The translations under genes were made by a program, and so were the position numbers. From Octopus vulgaris (taxonomy: Eukaryota): a stretch of 64,000 nt of DNA. The notes beneath the pieces were generated by a model. It ran no database searches, was not told where the DNA came from, and was given only the letters and a program-made list of their open reading frames with translations. This document shows positions 53,343 to 64,000 of the stretch, one piece after another (the first letter of the stretch is position 1; the number at the start of each line of letters is the position of its first letter). Where the stretch lies: contig OX597819.1 in NCBI GenBank assembly GCA_951406725.2, positions 80,724,001 through 80,788,000 on the forward strand, read 5' to 3'.

Positions 53343-53574
53343 AGGCAGTGAGCTGGCAGAAATGTTAGAACGCCGGACGAAATGGATGGCGGTATTTCGT
53401 CTGTTTTTACGTTCTGAGTTCAAATTCCGCCAAGGTCGAGTTTGCCTTTCATCCTTTCGGGGTCGATTAAATAAGTACCAGTTACGCACTGGGGTCAATA
53501 TAATTGATTTAATCTGTTTGTCTGTCCTTGTTCGTCCCCTCTGTGTGTAGCCCCTTGTGGGCAATAAAGAAATA
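53343..53574 (+). mobile_element. Family B SINE with TSD
   Basis: Full-length copy flanked by AGAAACTAAAAA on both sides. Confidence 0.8.
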
Positions 53575-55698
53575 AGAAACTAAAAAGATAATCATTGTGT
53601 GTGTATGTGTGCATGTATGTGTGTGTTTGCGTGTGTGTGCATGTATATGTGTGTTTGTTTGCATCTGCAAAGTGCAGCTGGCATCAAACCATCTGGACAC
53701 TTTGTGCATTGGTGCTGTGTGGAATAAGCAAAACTGTTACTCAAAAAGCAAATAAAGATTTGCATCAGTAAAACAATGGCTGAAAAATAATTCTTTAAAC
53801 AACATTCTCTTTTAATTCTTGCAAGCATGGAAAAAATGGACATAAAACAAATAAACAAACTTAATAAGTAGCAGAATTGTAATAAGCTCCTTCATACATT
53901 TTGGGGCCTCAAAGATTAGTTGGGGGAAAGAAGGAAATTATCCTCTGATGGAGCAACTAGCCCACGTGTTTACTACAGAAACTGCTCTGCAAAACACACC
54001 CAAGGGCTATGTGGTGATGGTCAAGGTACTACACTGTGGGATTGAACCCAGAACCAATGTGGTTGAGATGTGAACTTCTGAACTATACAGCCATGCCATT
54101 ACTAAGTCATATAAAACAACAACAACAACAGAAAAAGGCACTGCTCTATGTGGTTCAGCTCTTTGTTACACAACACATGGCATCAGGGCCAACCATTGAC
54201 TTGTAAGTGAATTTGATTGATGGAAACTGCATAGAGGCCCATTATGTATGCATACATAGTGTGTGTCTCACTGTCTTACAACCAGTGTAGATTTGGTTAC
54301 ATTCCCAAAACAAAGCAGTTCAACACAAAAGAGATGAATAGAATAAGTAATAAGTATAAAATAAGTTCTGGACGTGGTTTGATTGACTAATTCTTTCAAG
54401 GCAGTGTCCACAGCATGGCCACAGATCAATGACTAATATAAATAAATAAATAATTATGTTTGGTGTATGTATAGATTATTTCTATCTTTAAAACATATAT
54501 TATATTTTAGTGTATTTATGTATCATAAATGATTTTCTATAAACAAATTTGTGACAAAAAGAAGTCATAGACTGGTCTTAACACTTTTGATACCAGCCAG
54601 CCTTAGTTCTATAATAGAAACCTTGGTTATGTGATACAAATGTCTTGTTTTAAAGTAATCTCGATTATTATAATTTCATGTTGATTTTTGCTCCAAATTC
54701 CCAGATGAACTCCACCCTCCAAAAATGCAGCGAGATGGCAGAATCATTAGCACACTAGGCAAAATGCTTAGTGGCATTTCATTTATCCTTAAGGTCTGAG
54801 TTCAAATACTAATAAGGTCAACTTTGCCTTTCATCCTTTCAGGGTCAATAAAATAAGTACCAGTCGAGCACTGGGGTCAATGTAATTGATGTAACCCCTC
54901 CATGAACTTGCTGGCCATATGCCAAAATTTCAAATAACACCCTAATTTTTGGGACTTAAAATTTGGAAAAAATGTTTTGTAAGGGATTATAATACTATCC
55001 ATTTATAAGAAACTCCCATAGTTTTTTAACCTAATTTTTGACCAAAAAAAGGGTTCCTTATACACATTAAAATACGGTAATTTATGCTCCAAACACTAGC
55101 TTAACAATGACAAAGTTATTTCCCTAAATTCTTCATTATTTCCAAACTTAGCTGAAACTGAGGTGGCATATTTCAACAGAAATATGGTAACGAAAGGATC
55201 AATCAGCATACAGATCCGTGTGGTTAAGTGGCTTGCTTACCAGTCACATGCTTCCAGATTTAGTCCCACTGCATGGCACCTTGAGCAAGTGTCTTCTACT
55301 ATAGCCTCGGGCCAACCAAAGCATTGTGAGTAGATTTGGTAGACGGAAACTGAAAGAAGCTCATCGTGTGTATATATATATATATATATATATATTTGGG
55401 TGTGTGTGTATGCGTGTCTGTGTTTGTCCCCCCAACATCCTGACAACCGATGCAGGTGTGCTTACATCCCTGTAACTTAGCAGTTTGGCAAAAGAGACTG
55501 ATAGAGTAAGTACTAGGCTTACAAAGAATAAGTCCAGTGGTCAATTTGCTCGACTAAAGGTGGTGCTCCAGCATGGACGCAGTCAAATGGCTGAAACAAG
55601 TGAAAGAATAAATGAATGTAAGATAGCTGAAATTATGAAAGATTTGCATCTTTTTGTTTGACATTATTCAAGATTCTTAAATATTTGTTCTATTTCAG

Positions 55699-55798
55699 GA
55701 CTCTAACAGACACACGTGTCATTCTCTATGACCTGACTGTTCTAAAAGATGAAGGAGATGACCCAAAGAATGCTATATTATATTACTATCCAGAAACG
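55699..55798 (+). CDS. HPS4: HPS4-like exon (TLTDTRVILYDLTVLKDEGDDPKNAILYYYPET)
   Basis: TTTCAG| acceptor and |GTTTGT donor; resembles the recalled human HPS4 segment [27 protein letters not shown] (first longin domain). Confidence 0.85.
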
Positions 55799-56001
55799 GT
55801 TTGTTGTGTTTTTTTTGCTGATTCGTCTCCCTTGTTTGTTAGACTGTGTTAAAATGACATAAGCTAATGTCTTGTTCACACTGCATAAGTATTTCTAATT
55901 GCATTTTTGATGTTCGCTACATTCAGTAATTTCTTTGTTAAATATTTTACATATTGATGGACGTAGTAATGGGAGATAACTCCATTTGATCTGATTTGTA
56001 G

Positions 56002-56145
56002 ATAGATGAAACAGAACTTTGTAACATATTTGGTCAATTGATGGGAATGATTAATATCCATGAAAATTACTTGAACTCGCCTCCACGTTCAATTTACCTT
56101 TATCGAGGAATGTATGTGTTCAAGCATTTCAAAGAATATCGGTTG
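56002..56145 (+). CDS. HPS4: HPS4-like exon (IDETELCNIFGQLMGMINIHENYLNSPPRSIYLYRGMYVFKHFKEYRL)
   Basis: TTTGTAG| acceptor and |GTATGT donor, 144 nt, phase 0-0; GQ..G and SPP motifs colinear with HPS4 (CGQIAG..DSPPTL). Confidence 0.85.
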
Positions 56146-58145
56146 GTATGTTGTTTTCTATTCTATGTATGTATGTCATGTAAATGTCAGCCATAAAATC
56201 GTAGTCGTGGCAATGTAAAAAGCACCTATTACACTCTGAGTGGTTGATGTTCGGAAGGGCATCCAGCCATAGAAACCTTGCCAAATCAGACTGGAACCTG
56301 GTGCAGCGCTCCGGCTTACCAGTTCCTGTCAAACCGTCTAATCCATGCCAGTATGGAAAGTAGATGTAAAATGATGATGATGATTAAAATTGTCAGTGGA
56401 ATTAATGTCTTGTATATCTCATTGGTTAATTAAGGTGTTTGACTTCTAATACAAGAATTTGTGTTTCAAACCCTACCTAATTCTTGGTGCATTGGATCTC
56501 GATCATTTTTTGCTCACGAACACCTTTGATTCCTATTTTACTCTACTGGACTCCCATAGACATTCTCTGTTCAAAAAGCATCCCGTTATATTTTTATAAT
56601 TAGATATTTATGGAATTGTATAAAAAAAATTGTTGAAAGATTTTGTGTATTGTAGAAGTATAACCAATTTATTGCACATAAATTTTAACAGCAAAACCTT
56701 ATGTGCTCCTCTAAGGGTCATGTGGACCCTGGTGGAAAAAACAGTTTTAGACAATGAAAATTTCTACAGCTATGCTTTATAGTCTTGGAGATATTTTTTC
56801 CTTGGAAATTAAAGCCTGTATTTAATGTAAGAAGGCAAAAGAATAATATATGCAATGTAGGCATAGGAGTGGCTGTGTGGTAAGTAGCTTGCTTACGAAC
56901 TACATGGTTCTGGGTTCAGTCCCACTGCGTGGCACCTTAGGCAAGTCTTCTGCTATAGCCTCGGGCCAACCAAAGCCTTGTGAGTGGATTTGGTAGATGG
57001 AAACTGAAAGAAACCCATTGTATATATGTATTTGTGTGTATATATTTGTGTGTCTGTGTTTGTCCCCCCAACATCGCTTGACAACCGATGCTGGTGTGTT
57101 TATGTCCCTCTAACTTAGCGGTTCAGCAAAAGAGACTGATAGAATAGGTGCTAGGCTTACAAAGAATAAATCCTGGGGTTGATTTGCTTGATTAAAGGCA
57201 GTGCTCCAGCATGGCCACAGTCAAATGACCGAAACAAGTAAAAGAGTAACAGTTTTCTGCTAAAAAAAAAATCCCAGAAAATGCTGGATTTACTCATAAA
57301 TCTGTGCTTTAACCAAATCTGAATGTTTTAAAAATGATATTTTGTATCATTAAATCAGAGTCTCAAATAGGTTTGGTATCAAAGGACGTCTATTCCTTTT
57401 GTACTTATAATGTTTTTCTGAATTGCAAGCAAATTTATCTTTGATTTCTTTTTTCCTGTTTAAACCTTTCGTTACTATATTTCTGACCAATTGTGTTTCA
57501 ATTAATTTATAACATAATCATAAATTTATCGTATCCATTTTTTGTCAGAATTACAAATTTTGAAAACACAATAGGAACAAATTTCGGAAAAAAATCTCCC
57601 AAAATTCACGGAATTAAAATTACACTTCGATTTTTGTACAAGACTGTAGTTGAACTCTTTACGAAGTATAATACGTGTTTCCACGAATGTACTAAAGAGA
57701 TTTGCTCTGATATTCTCATTTAAATATGAATAGGTAAATTCGGGCGGTTTTGGGCGGCTTGGTCACATTAACCAAAATTTTTTTCGGGGGGTTTGGTAAC
57801 GAAAGGGTTAATGACAGTATACCTACTTCATGCATGCACCCCCCACACACACACACACTCCCCTCTCTCTTTCTCTCTCGCTCTCTTGAATATAGGCAAA
57901 AGTTGAGTATTTTTCATCCTTTTACTTGCTTCAGTCATTAGACTGCAACCGTAATGGGGCACCGCCTGAAAGAATTTTAGTCAGAGGGATTGACCTCAGT
58001 ACTTATTACTTTCCAAGCCCACTATTTATTCTCTGTCTCTTTTGCTGAACCACTAAGTTTTTTTTTTTTCAAATATGAACTTTATTGTTTTCCATTTCAG
58101 TGTAAATTTCTTATTTGTATAAACTTGTTTTAATTATTTTGTTAG

Positions 58146-58253
58146 GTCCTTGGAAGTACTCAAAGTCAGAATGAATCTGCTCTGTTATATCAACTTCAGT
58201 TATTGTATGAAGTGTTCTGCTTACTACAAGGAAACCTAAAAGATGTGAAAAAG
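58146..58253 (+). CDS. HPS4: HPS4-like exon (VLGSTQSQNESALLYQLQLLYEVFCLLQGNLKDVKK)
   Basis: TTTTGTTAG| acceptor and AAG|GTACAG donor, 108 nt, phase 0-0; aligns with HPS4 VLGC..FLDQLVGFFNFYNG. Confidence 0.85.
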
Positions 58254-61200
58254 GTACAGTTTGAAATTTTTAAATGCAAATTTGTTGTGGGTCAATCGTC
58301 ATTGAATTAAACATGTCGGTTTGAAGTTAGGCCTGTGATTTCAGGGGAAGGGAGTCAATTAGGGAATTCGGGGGAAGGGAGCACTGGGGTCTATTGCATC
58401 GACCCCAGTGCTCAACTGTTATTTATTTTATCAACCCTATAATGATGAAAGGCAAAGTCAACACCAATGGTATTTGAATTTAGAATGTAAAGTTGTAAGA
58501 AATGTCACTAAGCTGGAGTGGCTGTGTGGTCAGAAGCTTGCTTCCCAACCACATGGTTCTGGGTTTAGTCCCACTGTGTGGAACCTTGGGCAATTGTCTT
58601 CTACAAAGCCTTGTGAGTGCGTTTAGTAGACAGAAACTGAAAAAAGCCTGTCATATATATATATATATGTAATATGTGTATGTATGTATTTGTGTGTATG
58701 TGTTTGTCCCCCCACCATTGCTTGGCAACTGATGTTGGTGTGTTTACATCCCCGTAACTTAGTGGTTCAGCAAAATGGACCAACATGGTAATAATTCTGC
58801 CAGCTCACCATATTGGTTTCAAGAGGATGGGGTAAGTCAATTAGACTGACCCCAGTACGCAACTGGTGCTTAGTTTATTGACCTCGAGAGGATGAATGAC
58901 CCCCACCGGCATTTGAACTCAGAACATGAAGTTGTAAGAAATGCCACGAAGCACAAGTCTATCAGCTTGCCAGCTTCAATTGAATTAGAAATATTTATCA
59001 AAGACATTCCCATTATGAGCATCTTATCTTTTTTTTTCTGTCTTTTACAGTCCTTATGTATCTAGGACTACATTCTCTGCTCTGTCTAATTTCTAGTGAT
59101 TGCATAAAAGCCTTGTAGCATTCTAGAGGTTTCAAATGAAGGAATATCATCATCATCATCATAGTCATTGTCATCATTTAACCTTCACTTTTCTATGTTT
59201 GCTTAGATCAAACGAGTGAGCAGAGATGCTCTTCCTGTCACCAACATTCACCTGTTTCTGAGCAATGTAATATTTCCCCTGGCCAGACACGCTTTACAGG
59301 GAAGACTGGAAACAAACAACCTTGCTTGTTTACAACTACCATGTGAGGTTTAAACCATGGCACACCCACCACCCACACATACATACATACATACATACAA
59401 GCATGTCTAGATATGCAACTATATACATGAGCATGCATACATATAACAAAACATGCAAATCTACACATACATACATACATACATACATAAATATCCTGTT
59501 GACATCGAAATTTCAGTGAAGGACTGAACTCAAGACAATATGGTTGCAAAGTAAGCTTCCTAACCACACAGCTATGCCTACACCCTTGTATATCTACTCA
59601 ACAGTCTTTCCACACACACACGTATATATTAGAGACATTATGTAAAGTATATATCAGTAACATTGCTGATTGTTATGTCTTCAATTCCCGCTGCAAGCAA
59701 ATGACTTCATCTTTACTCAATGTTGAATATTTGTAGCTGCTTGACAGCTGCTGTTGTTGTTTCTAATTCTTGTTAACTTTACCCAAACTGACATTTAGCA
59801 GGCATCATCAATCAAAAAGAACTGTCTAATGACCATTTCTAAATGAAGTTACTTCATATTTATTGTGTCTACACTGTCCTGAGAAAATAGATTAAGATGT
59901 TTTTTGAATAAAATACAGCTGCAACTTTTAACTATGTGCAATATCACATTTGCAGACTAACACTTCATCACCATCATCATTTGAACTTAGATTACAAAGA
60001 GCCAAAATAAATGCTGAAAGATATTTGTTTAACACTCTTTGTTTCAATGACTTGTAGGTGTGTGGTATTTCATTATATAACCATAATATACTATAAAGTA
60101 TATTAAACGTTTTTTATAAGACAATATCACATTCTATTGTGTTAGCAGTGTGCTTTGCTCTTTTATTTGTTTCAGTCATTTGACTGCAGCCATGCTGGAG
60201 CACTGCCTTTAGTTGGACAAATTGACCCCAGGACTTATTTTTTGTAAGCCTAGTACTTATTCTATTGGGTCTTTTTTGCTGAACTGCTAAGTTACGGGGA
60301 CCAGCATTGGTTGTCAAGCAATGGTGGGTGAGACAAATACAGACACACAAACATACACACCCCAACACATATACATACATATATATACAATGGTCTTCTT
60401 TCAGTTTCCATCTACCAAAATCCACTCACAAGGCTTTGGTCAACCCGAGGCTATAGTAGAAGACACTTACCGAAGGTGTCACACCGTGGGACTGAACCCA
60501 GAACTATGTGGTTGGTGAGCTAGCTACTTACCACACAGCTGCCCCTGTGCCTACATTATTAAGATTTTCTGTATAGCCATTCTATAGAAATTATAGCTGG
60601 CACTGATTTTTGCTACAGCATCTCATATACGAAATGTGGAAGTGCATAGAAATTTGCTTGTATGCAAATTTCATACTTTTTTGCTAAGTATTTATGCATT
60701 CAACTGAGTAACCAATGCTCAAATTTCTCTTGATAAAAAGATAGATTTCATTTTGAAACCTTGTGTATGCACAGTTTATGCTTTGTGTGTTACTTGTAAA
60801 ATGTGTGTGCATCATCATCATTGTTTAATGTCCATTTTCCATGCTGGCATGGCTTGGATGGTTTGACAGGAGCTGACCAGCCGGAGAGATGTCCAGATGT
60901 CTCTTGTGGCATGGTTTCTACAGCTGGATGCCTATCCTAACACCAACCGCTTTACAGAGCGTGCTGGGTGCTTTTTATTTACCACCAGCACATGTACAAA
61001 AAAGCAACCTTGAGGGAACACTGCTCACAATTCCACCTATAATTGCCAGGCACTGTCTTCGGTATCATTAAAGTTAGCAAATTTGATACAAATAAATTAA
61101 GTTGAAGTTATGTCTCTTCTTTCTAATAAAGTTGAACCCTTAACTGCTCTTTTTATATTTATCTTTTTCCTTCTTTTTCTGATCTTTGAATGATCAAATA

Positions 61201-61415
61201 TTAAAAAAAAATTATTTTGAATTATATCAAGTTTGCTTGGAAACATGCTTATATTTTCAAACAATATCAAAGGCTAAAAATATGACTATTTTTACTTGAA
61301 ACATTATTATTAATAGTAAATATTAATAAATCATTATTTAATAGTAATTATTACTAAAAATGTTACTATTAATACTATTTTCCATTTTTCTTTTTAACAT
61401 TATTTTTTTTCATAG

Positions 61416-61553
61416 AATATCACTGGCAGAGATCACGAGGATTTCTTGAATAAGCTGAAATGTGTTTTTGACAGTTATTTACCATTATGTTTCCAATATG
61501 ATAGTGTTATTGAACATTCTTTTCGGACCATTCCATCATTCAAGATCCCTAAA
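61416..61553 (+). CDS. HPS4: HPS4-like exon (NITGRDHEDFLNKLKCVFDSYLPLCFQYDSVIEHSFRTIPSFKIPK); gene continues past the window
   Basis: Long poly-T tract with CATAG| acceptor, |GTAAGT donor, 138 nt open in phase 0-0. Confidence 0.8.
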
Positions 61554-62084
61554 GTAAGTAATGTTTTATAAGCTAGTGATTAAAATTCTGGAATCATTAT
61601 TTTGCATAGAAAATTGCTGAAACTAATACACTTTTTCTCAATTTTCAGTGGATAAATATTTGCATTAAGTAAAATTTTTAAATTAAAAATGTGAATTATT
61701 TTAACATTAGAATAAATATAATGAAATAATTCTTTTATATTGAAAAATTCAATATCTATAGGTGCAGGTGTGGCTGTGTGGTAAGATGTTTGCTTTCCAA
61801 CCACATTGTTCCTGATTCAGTCCCACTGTGTGGCACCTTGACAAATTTCTTCTACTGTAGCCTCAGGTTGACCAGAGCCTTGTGAGTGGATTTGGAAGAC
61901 ACAAATGAAAAAAACCCATCATATATATAGTGTATGTATTTTCTCTCCACCACTGCTTGCCAACCAGTGTTGGTATGTTTATATACCCTTAATTTAACAG
62001 TTTGTCAAAAGAAACCTATAGAATAAGTACAAGACTTATATATATAGAACAATCTTACTTAGAAATGAATGTGTGCGTTTAGTC

Positions 62085-62346
62085 ATATATAAATAAATAA
62101 ATAAAACATATGCATATATACATACATATATGTACGTACCTACCTCTACATGTATATATACATGCATATATGGGTACAGGACACCAAAAAAAACGTCGAA
62201 CACAATGAGAAACGAAAACATAAACACATGTTTTCGTTTCTCATTGTGTTTGACGTTTTTTTGGTGTCCTGTACCCATATATGCATGTATATATACATGT
62301 AGAGGTAGGTACGTACATATATGTATGTATATATGCATATGTTTTA

Positions 62347-62363
<17 letters not shown>
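62085..62363. repeat. Near-perfect palindrome (~137-bp arms, 6-nt loop) inserted in a family A SINE
   Basis: Left arm 62085-62221, loop AAACAC, right arm 62228-62363; one substitution and one homopolymer indel seen. Confidence 0.92.
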
Positions 62364-62409
<46 letters not shown>

Positions 62410-63446
62410 TAGTGGGGTCAATTTGTTTTGACTAAAATTCTACCATTTGCCTATGTGGTACCCTAGCATGGCTGCAGTCCAATGACTGGAACAAGTAAAA
62501 GACAAAAGACGTAAATGAAATATCATTATTTAATGACCCTTTTTCTCATGCTGGCATGGGCTGGACAGATCAACAGGTGTTGCCAAGCCAAACAGCTACC
62601 CCACACTTTAATGCCTGCTTTGGCATGTTTTATATGGCTGGATGCACTACCTGATGCCAACCAATTTATAGAATTTATTGGGTGCTTTTTATGTGGCACC
62701 AGCATCGGTGAGGTCACCAAGAAACTTGCAAGACAAGACCCTTCACATGAAGGGAGTGTTGTATTGAGGTAGGAGGCTTTGTACCAGGTAAGAGGTTAAA
62801 ATATGATAGCAGGAAAGAAGCTGGTGTCTTGTTGTAGAAGAGATACATAGCTACCCCAGTTGGGAAAGAGGGAAGATGGTGATGAAACTGTGTGATAGCA
62901 AGAAACATTAATGTATTGTTTAGTCAATAAGCTTTTAAAATGTATACTTTGATATCTGAAAAAGCAGATAGCTGAAATGATAAGATTAATGAGCTTATTT
63001 TTGATTTTGTGATGTGTCTATAGACAGTTTCTTAATAAAATAGCTCAGTCCCAGTAAGATAAAGGATGAAGATCCTCTCTGAGTCATATAAACTCATAGA
63101 GCTTGTTTTCTGGTTTCCATGGTGCATGTATTTTACTCCCTGGATGGGACACCAGTTTGTTCCAAGAAATACTCATTTTTGCCAACTGTGTGAACTGGAG
63201 CAATGTAAAATGTAGTGTTTTGCTCTGGAACACAATGCATCACCTGGTCCAGGAATCAAAACCACAATCTTCGGAACATGAGTACAACCACTTAGTGAAG
63301 CACCTCCTTGCTCAATCCCATTAAATTTTGAAATATAAAATAAGCAATATAACATTTCGTTGTCAAAATAGAACATCTTTTTAACTCATTAAGTCCATGG
63401 AAATGAATAGCAATGGAAATAGCTTTGTCAAAATTAGAATATCTGA

Positions 63447-63798
63447 TGTTGGTGCTAAGAGCACCATTCGAGCATGATCGTTGCCAGAGCAGCTAACTGG
63501 CTTCCATGCCGGTGGCATGTAAAAGCACCATTCGAGCGTGATCGTTACCAGCGTCGCCTTACTGACACTTGTGCCGGTGGCATGTGTAAAAACATTCGAG
63601 CGAGGTCGTTGCCAGTACTGCCGGTGTCACGTAAAAGCACCCACTACACTCTCAGAGTGGTTGGCGTTAAGGACATCCAGCTGTAGAATCTCTGCCAGAT
63701 CAAGATTGGAGCCTGGTGCAGCCATCTGGTTCGCCAGCCCTCAGTCAAATCGTCCAACCCATGCTAGCATGGAAAGCAGACGTTAAACGATGATGATG
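63447..63798 (+). mobile_element. SINE family D with (GAT)n tail and internal ~65-bp tandem units
   Basis: 3' end AACCCATGCTAGCATGGAAAGC.GACGTTAAACGATGATG. Other copies at ~44085-44290, 47050-47270, 49330-49520, 51585-51633, 56215-56385, 60810-60990 and 62525-62700. Confidence 0.75.
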
Positions 63799-64000
63799 GG
63801 GATTAGGGAGTTTGAAGGGTTATGATACACACACTCCATTTTGTATAAGAACATGTTGGAATCTCCAGTTGAAGATGATGTATAAGTGTTCAGTTTTTAC
63901 TAAACAACTTGCACGATGATTTATTTATAGTGATCAAATGTATGTTGTACATTAGCTCATTCCTTCCATCAAATCAACATTACCTGTACAGGTGCACAAG

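Noticed and set aside
63447-63640. Three ~65-bp repeats with variable parts, CRISPR-like at first glance
   Set aside because: Internal tandem units of a eukaryotic SINE; no unique spacers and no cas genes.
63992-64000. Possible start of the next HPS4 exon (TACAG|GTGCACAAG)
   Set aside because: Only 9 nt visible and the pyrimidine tract is weak; unverifiable.

Overview
AT-rich, microsatellite- and SINE-dense eukaryotic DNA. The repeat landscape looks like a coleoid cephalopod (Octopus-like); this is an inference. Nearly all ORFs in the supplied track are microsatellite or repeat artefacts. Supported genes: (i) the 5' part of a + strand HPS4-like gene (BLOC-3 subunit, longin domain) with exons 41633-41703 (probable first exon), 55699-55798, 56002-56145, 58146-58253 and 61416-61553, continuing past the window; (ii) a tRNA-Lys(UUU) gene at 30041-30113 (-); (iii) a low-confidence - strand exon near 10.3 kb. 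The rest is several SINE families, DNA transposons and MITEs (Tigger/pogo, Tc2-like, mariner, Chapaev3-like, Merlin-like, piggyBac-like, hAT, Helitron-like) and LINE remnants. The most unusual signal is a set of minimal type I hammerhead ribozyme (HHR) motifs with palindromic stem III, the dimer-type form known from Penelope-like elements and non-LTR retrozymes, carried by several short repeat families. Three are near-canonical (16882-16918, 18110-18155, 27902-27947) and several are variant or decayed. One sits at the 3' end of a tRNA-headed, TSD-flanked SINE. All calls were made by eye; repeat boundaries are approximate unless a TSD is quoted.
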